A DNA stretch of 64,000 bases from an uncultured Clostridia bacterium (lineage in GTDB: Bacteria; Bacillota; Clostridia; Christensenellales; UBA1242), in assembly GCA_944381135.1 (NCBI GenBank), contig CALWJY010000001.1, forward strand, positions 217,306 through 281,305. The letters are read 5' to 3'. Made by a program: the position numbers and the translations under genes. Of this stretch, positions 63,766 to 64,000 are shown piece after piece. A model generated the notes under the pieces. It was not told the DNA's origin. It saw nothing but the letters and a program-made list of their open reading frames with translations, and ran no database searches. Each line of letters starts with the position of its first letter. Position 1 is the stretch's first letter.

Positions 63766-64000
63766 TCAAAATTTTTCTTTCACTATTTTCATAATTTTAC
63801 TCATGCTGTCAGAATTTTGCTCGTTTTGAAATTTTTTAAGTCTAAACCAATTGATTGTCCCAAAAATATTCAGACAAGTGATGACAACATAGACAAAAAT
63901 TGTCAAAATTTGCGACATGTCGCCTTTGATGACGACACTCATCCAAAGAACAATACAAACAATGTTAACCAAAATGTAGAACAAAAAGTTATATTCGCTT
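63766..64000 (-). CDS. pnuC: Probable PnuC-type nicotinamide riboside transporter, C-terminal part (gene runs off the right edge)
   Basis: The reading frame stays open to the window end (..SEYNF-LFYILVNIVCIVLWM....IFVYVVITCLNIFGTINW). This fits the last two PnuC helices ending in G..NW. Confidence 0.5.
   Translation of the reverse strand, partial: SEYNFLFYILVNIVCIVLWMSVVIKGDMSQILTIFVYVVITCLNIFGTINWFRLKKFQNEQNSDSMSKIMKIVKEKF

Noticed and set aside
1-64000. Scan for CRISPR arrays, integrases, transposases, phage genes, toxin-antitoxin pairs and known defence genes
   Set aside because: I found no regularly spaced repeats and no recombinase, RT, nuclease-helicase or defence hallmark motifs. The window reads as core chromosome.

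Overview
This window is 64 kb of low-GC chromosome that looks like a spore-forming Firmicute of the Clostridia type. The evidence for that placement is rimO-pgsA-cinA-recA synteny, pta-ackA, the sporulation genes ylbJ, ytfI-ytfJ and pdaB, a SpoIIIE/FtsK translocase, and canonical SigA-type promoters and SD sites. About 60 genes are packed tightly, and roughly 50 of them lie on the minus strand. I also found one tRNA-Thr(CGU) and a 58-aa ferredoxin that is missing from the ORF track. I saw no rRNA, CRISPR array, integrase, transposase, prophage or recognisable defence system. I therefore read this as an ordinary core housekeeping region (translation, envelope, division, sporulation, DNA repair) rather than an accessory island. 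All family calls come from motif recognition by eye, with no database search, so treat them as hypotheses graded by the stated confidence. The items most worth a second look are listed here. (1) A strongly promoted 1326-aa lipoprotein has four CBM-like beta-sandwich modules, a C-terminal TM helix and a cytoplasmic coiled-coil tail. (2) A double zinc-ribbon protein with a roughly 100-aa poly-Asp tail sits where rimI normally follows tsaE-tsaB. (3) An HtrA-like protein with a broken catalytic triad abuts mreB, in a shape/division cluster that lacks mreC, mreD and minC. (4) A ferredoxin is coupled through a TAATG overlap to a Ppx/GppA-like protein whose phosphate-binding loops are degenerate. (5) A perfect 17-bp inverted repeat lies in the long RNase J leader. 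(6) Several SD-less genes have an extended -10 box 6-7 nt upstream of the ATG, which suggests leaderless mRNAs. (7) An overlapping metallophosphoesterase-NADAR pair is present. (8) Two adjacent genes are interrupted by frameshifts. (9) The AlaRS is compact and ends exactly where the C-Ala domain should begin. (10) Housekeeping enzymes repeatedly carry charged low-complexity extensions.
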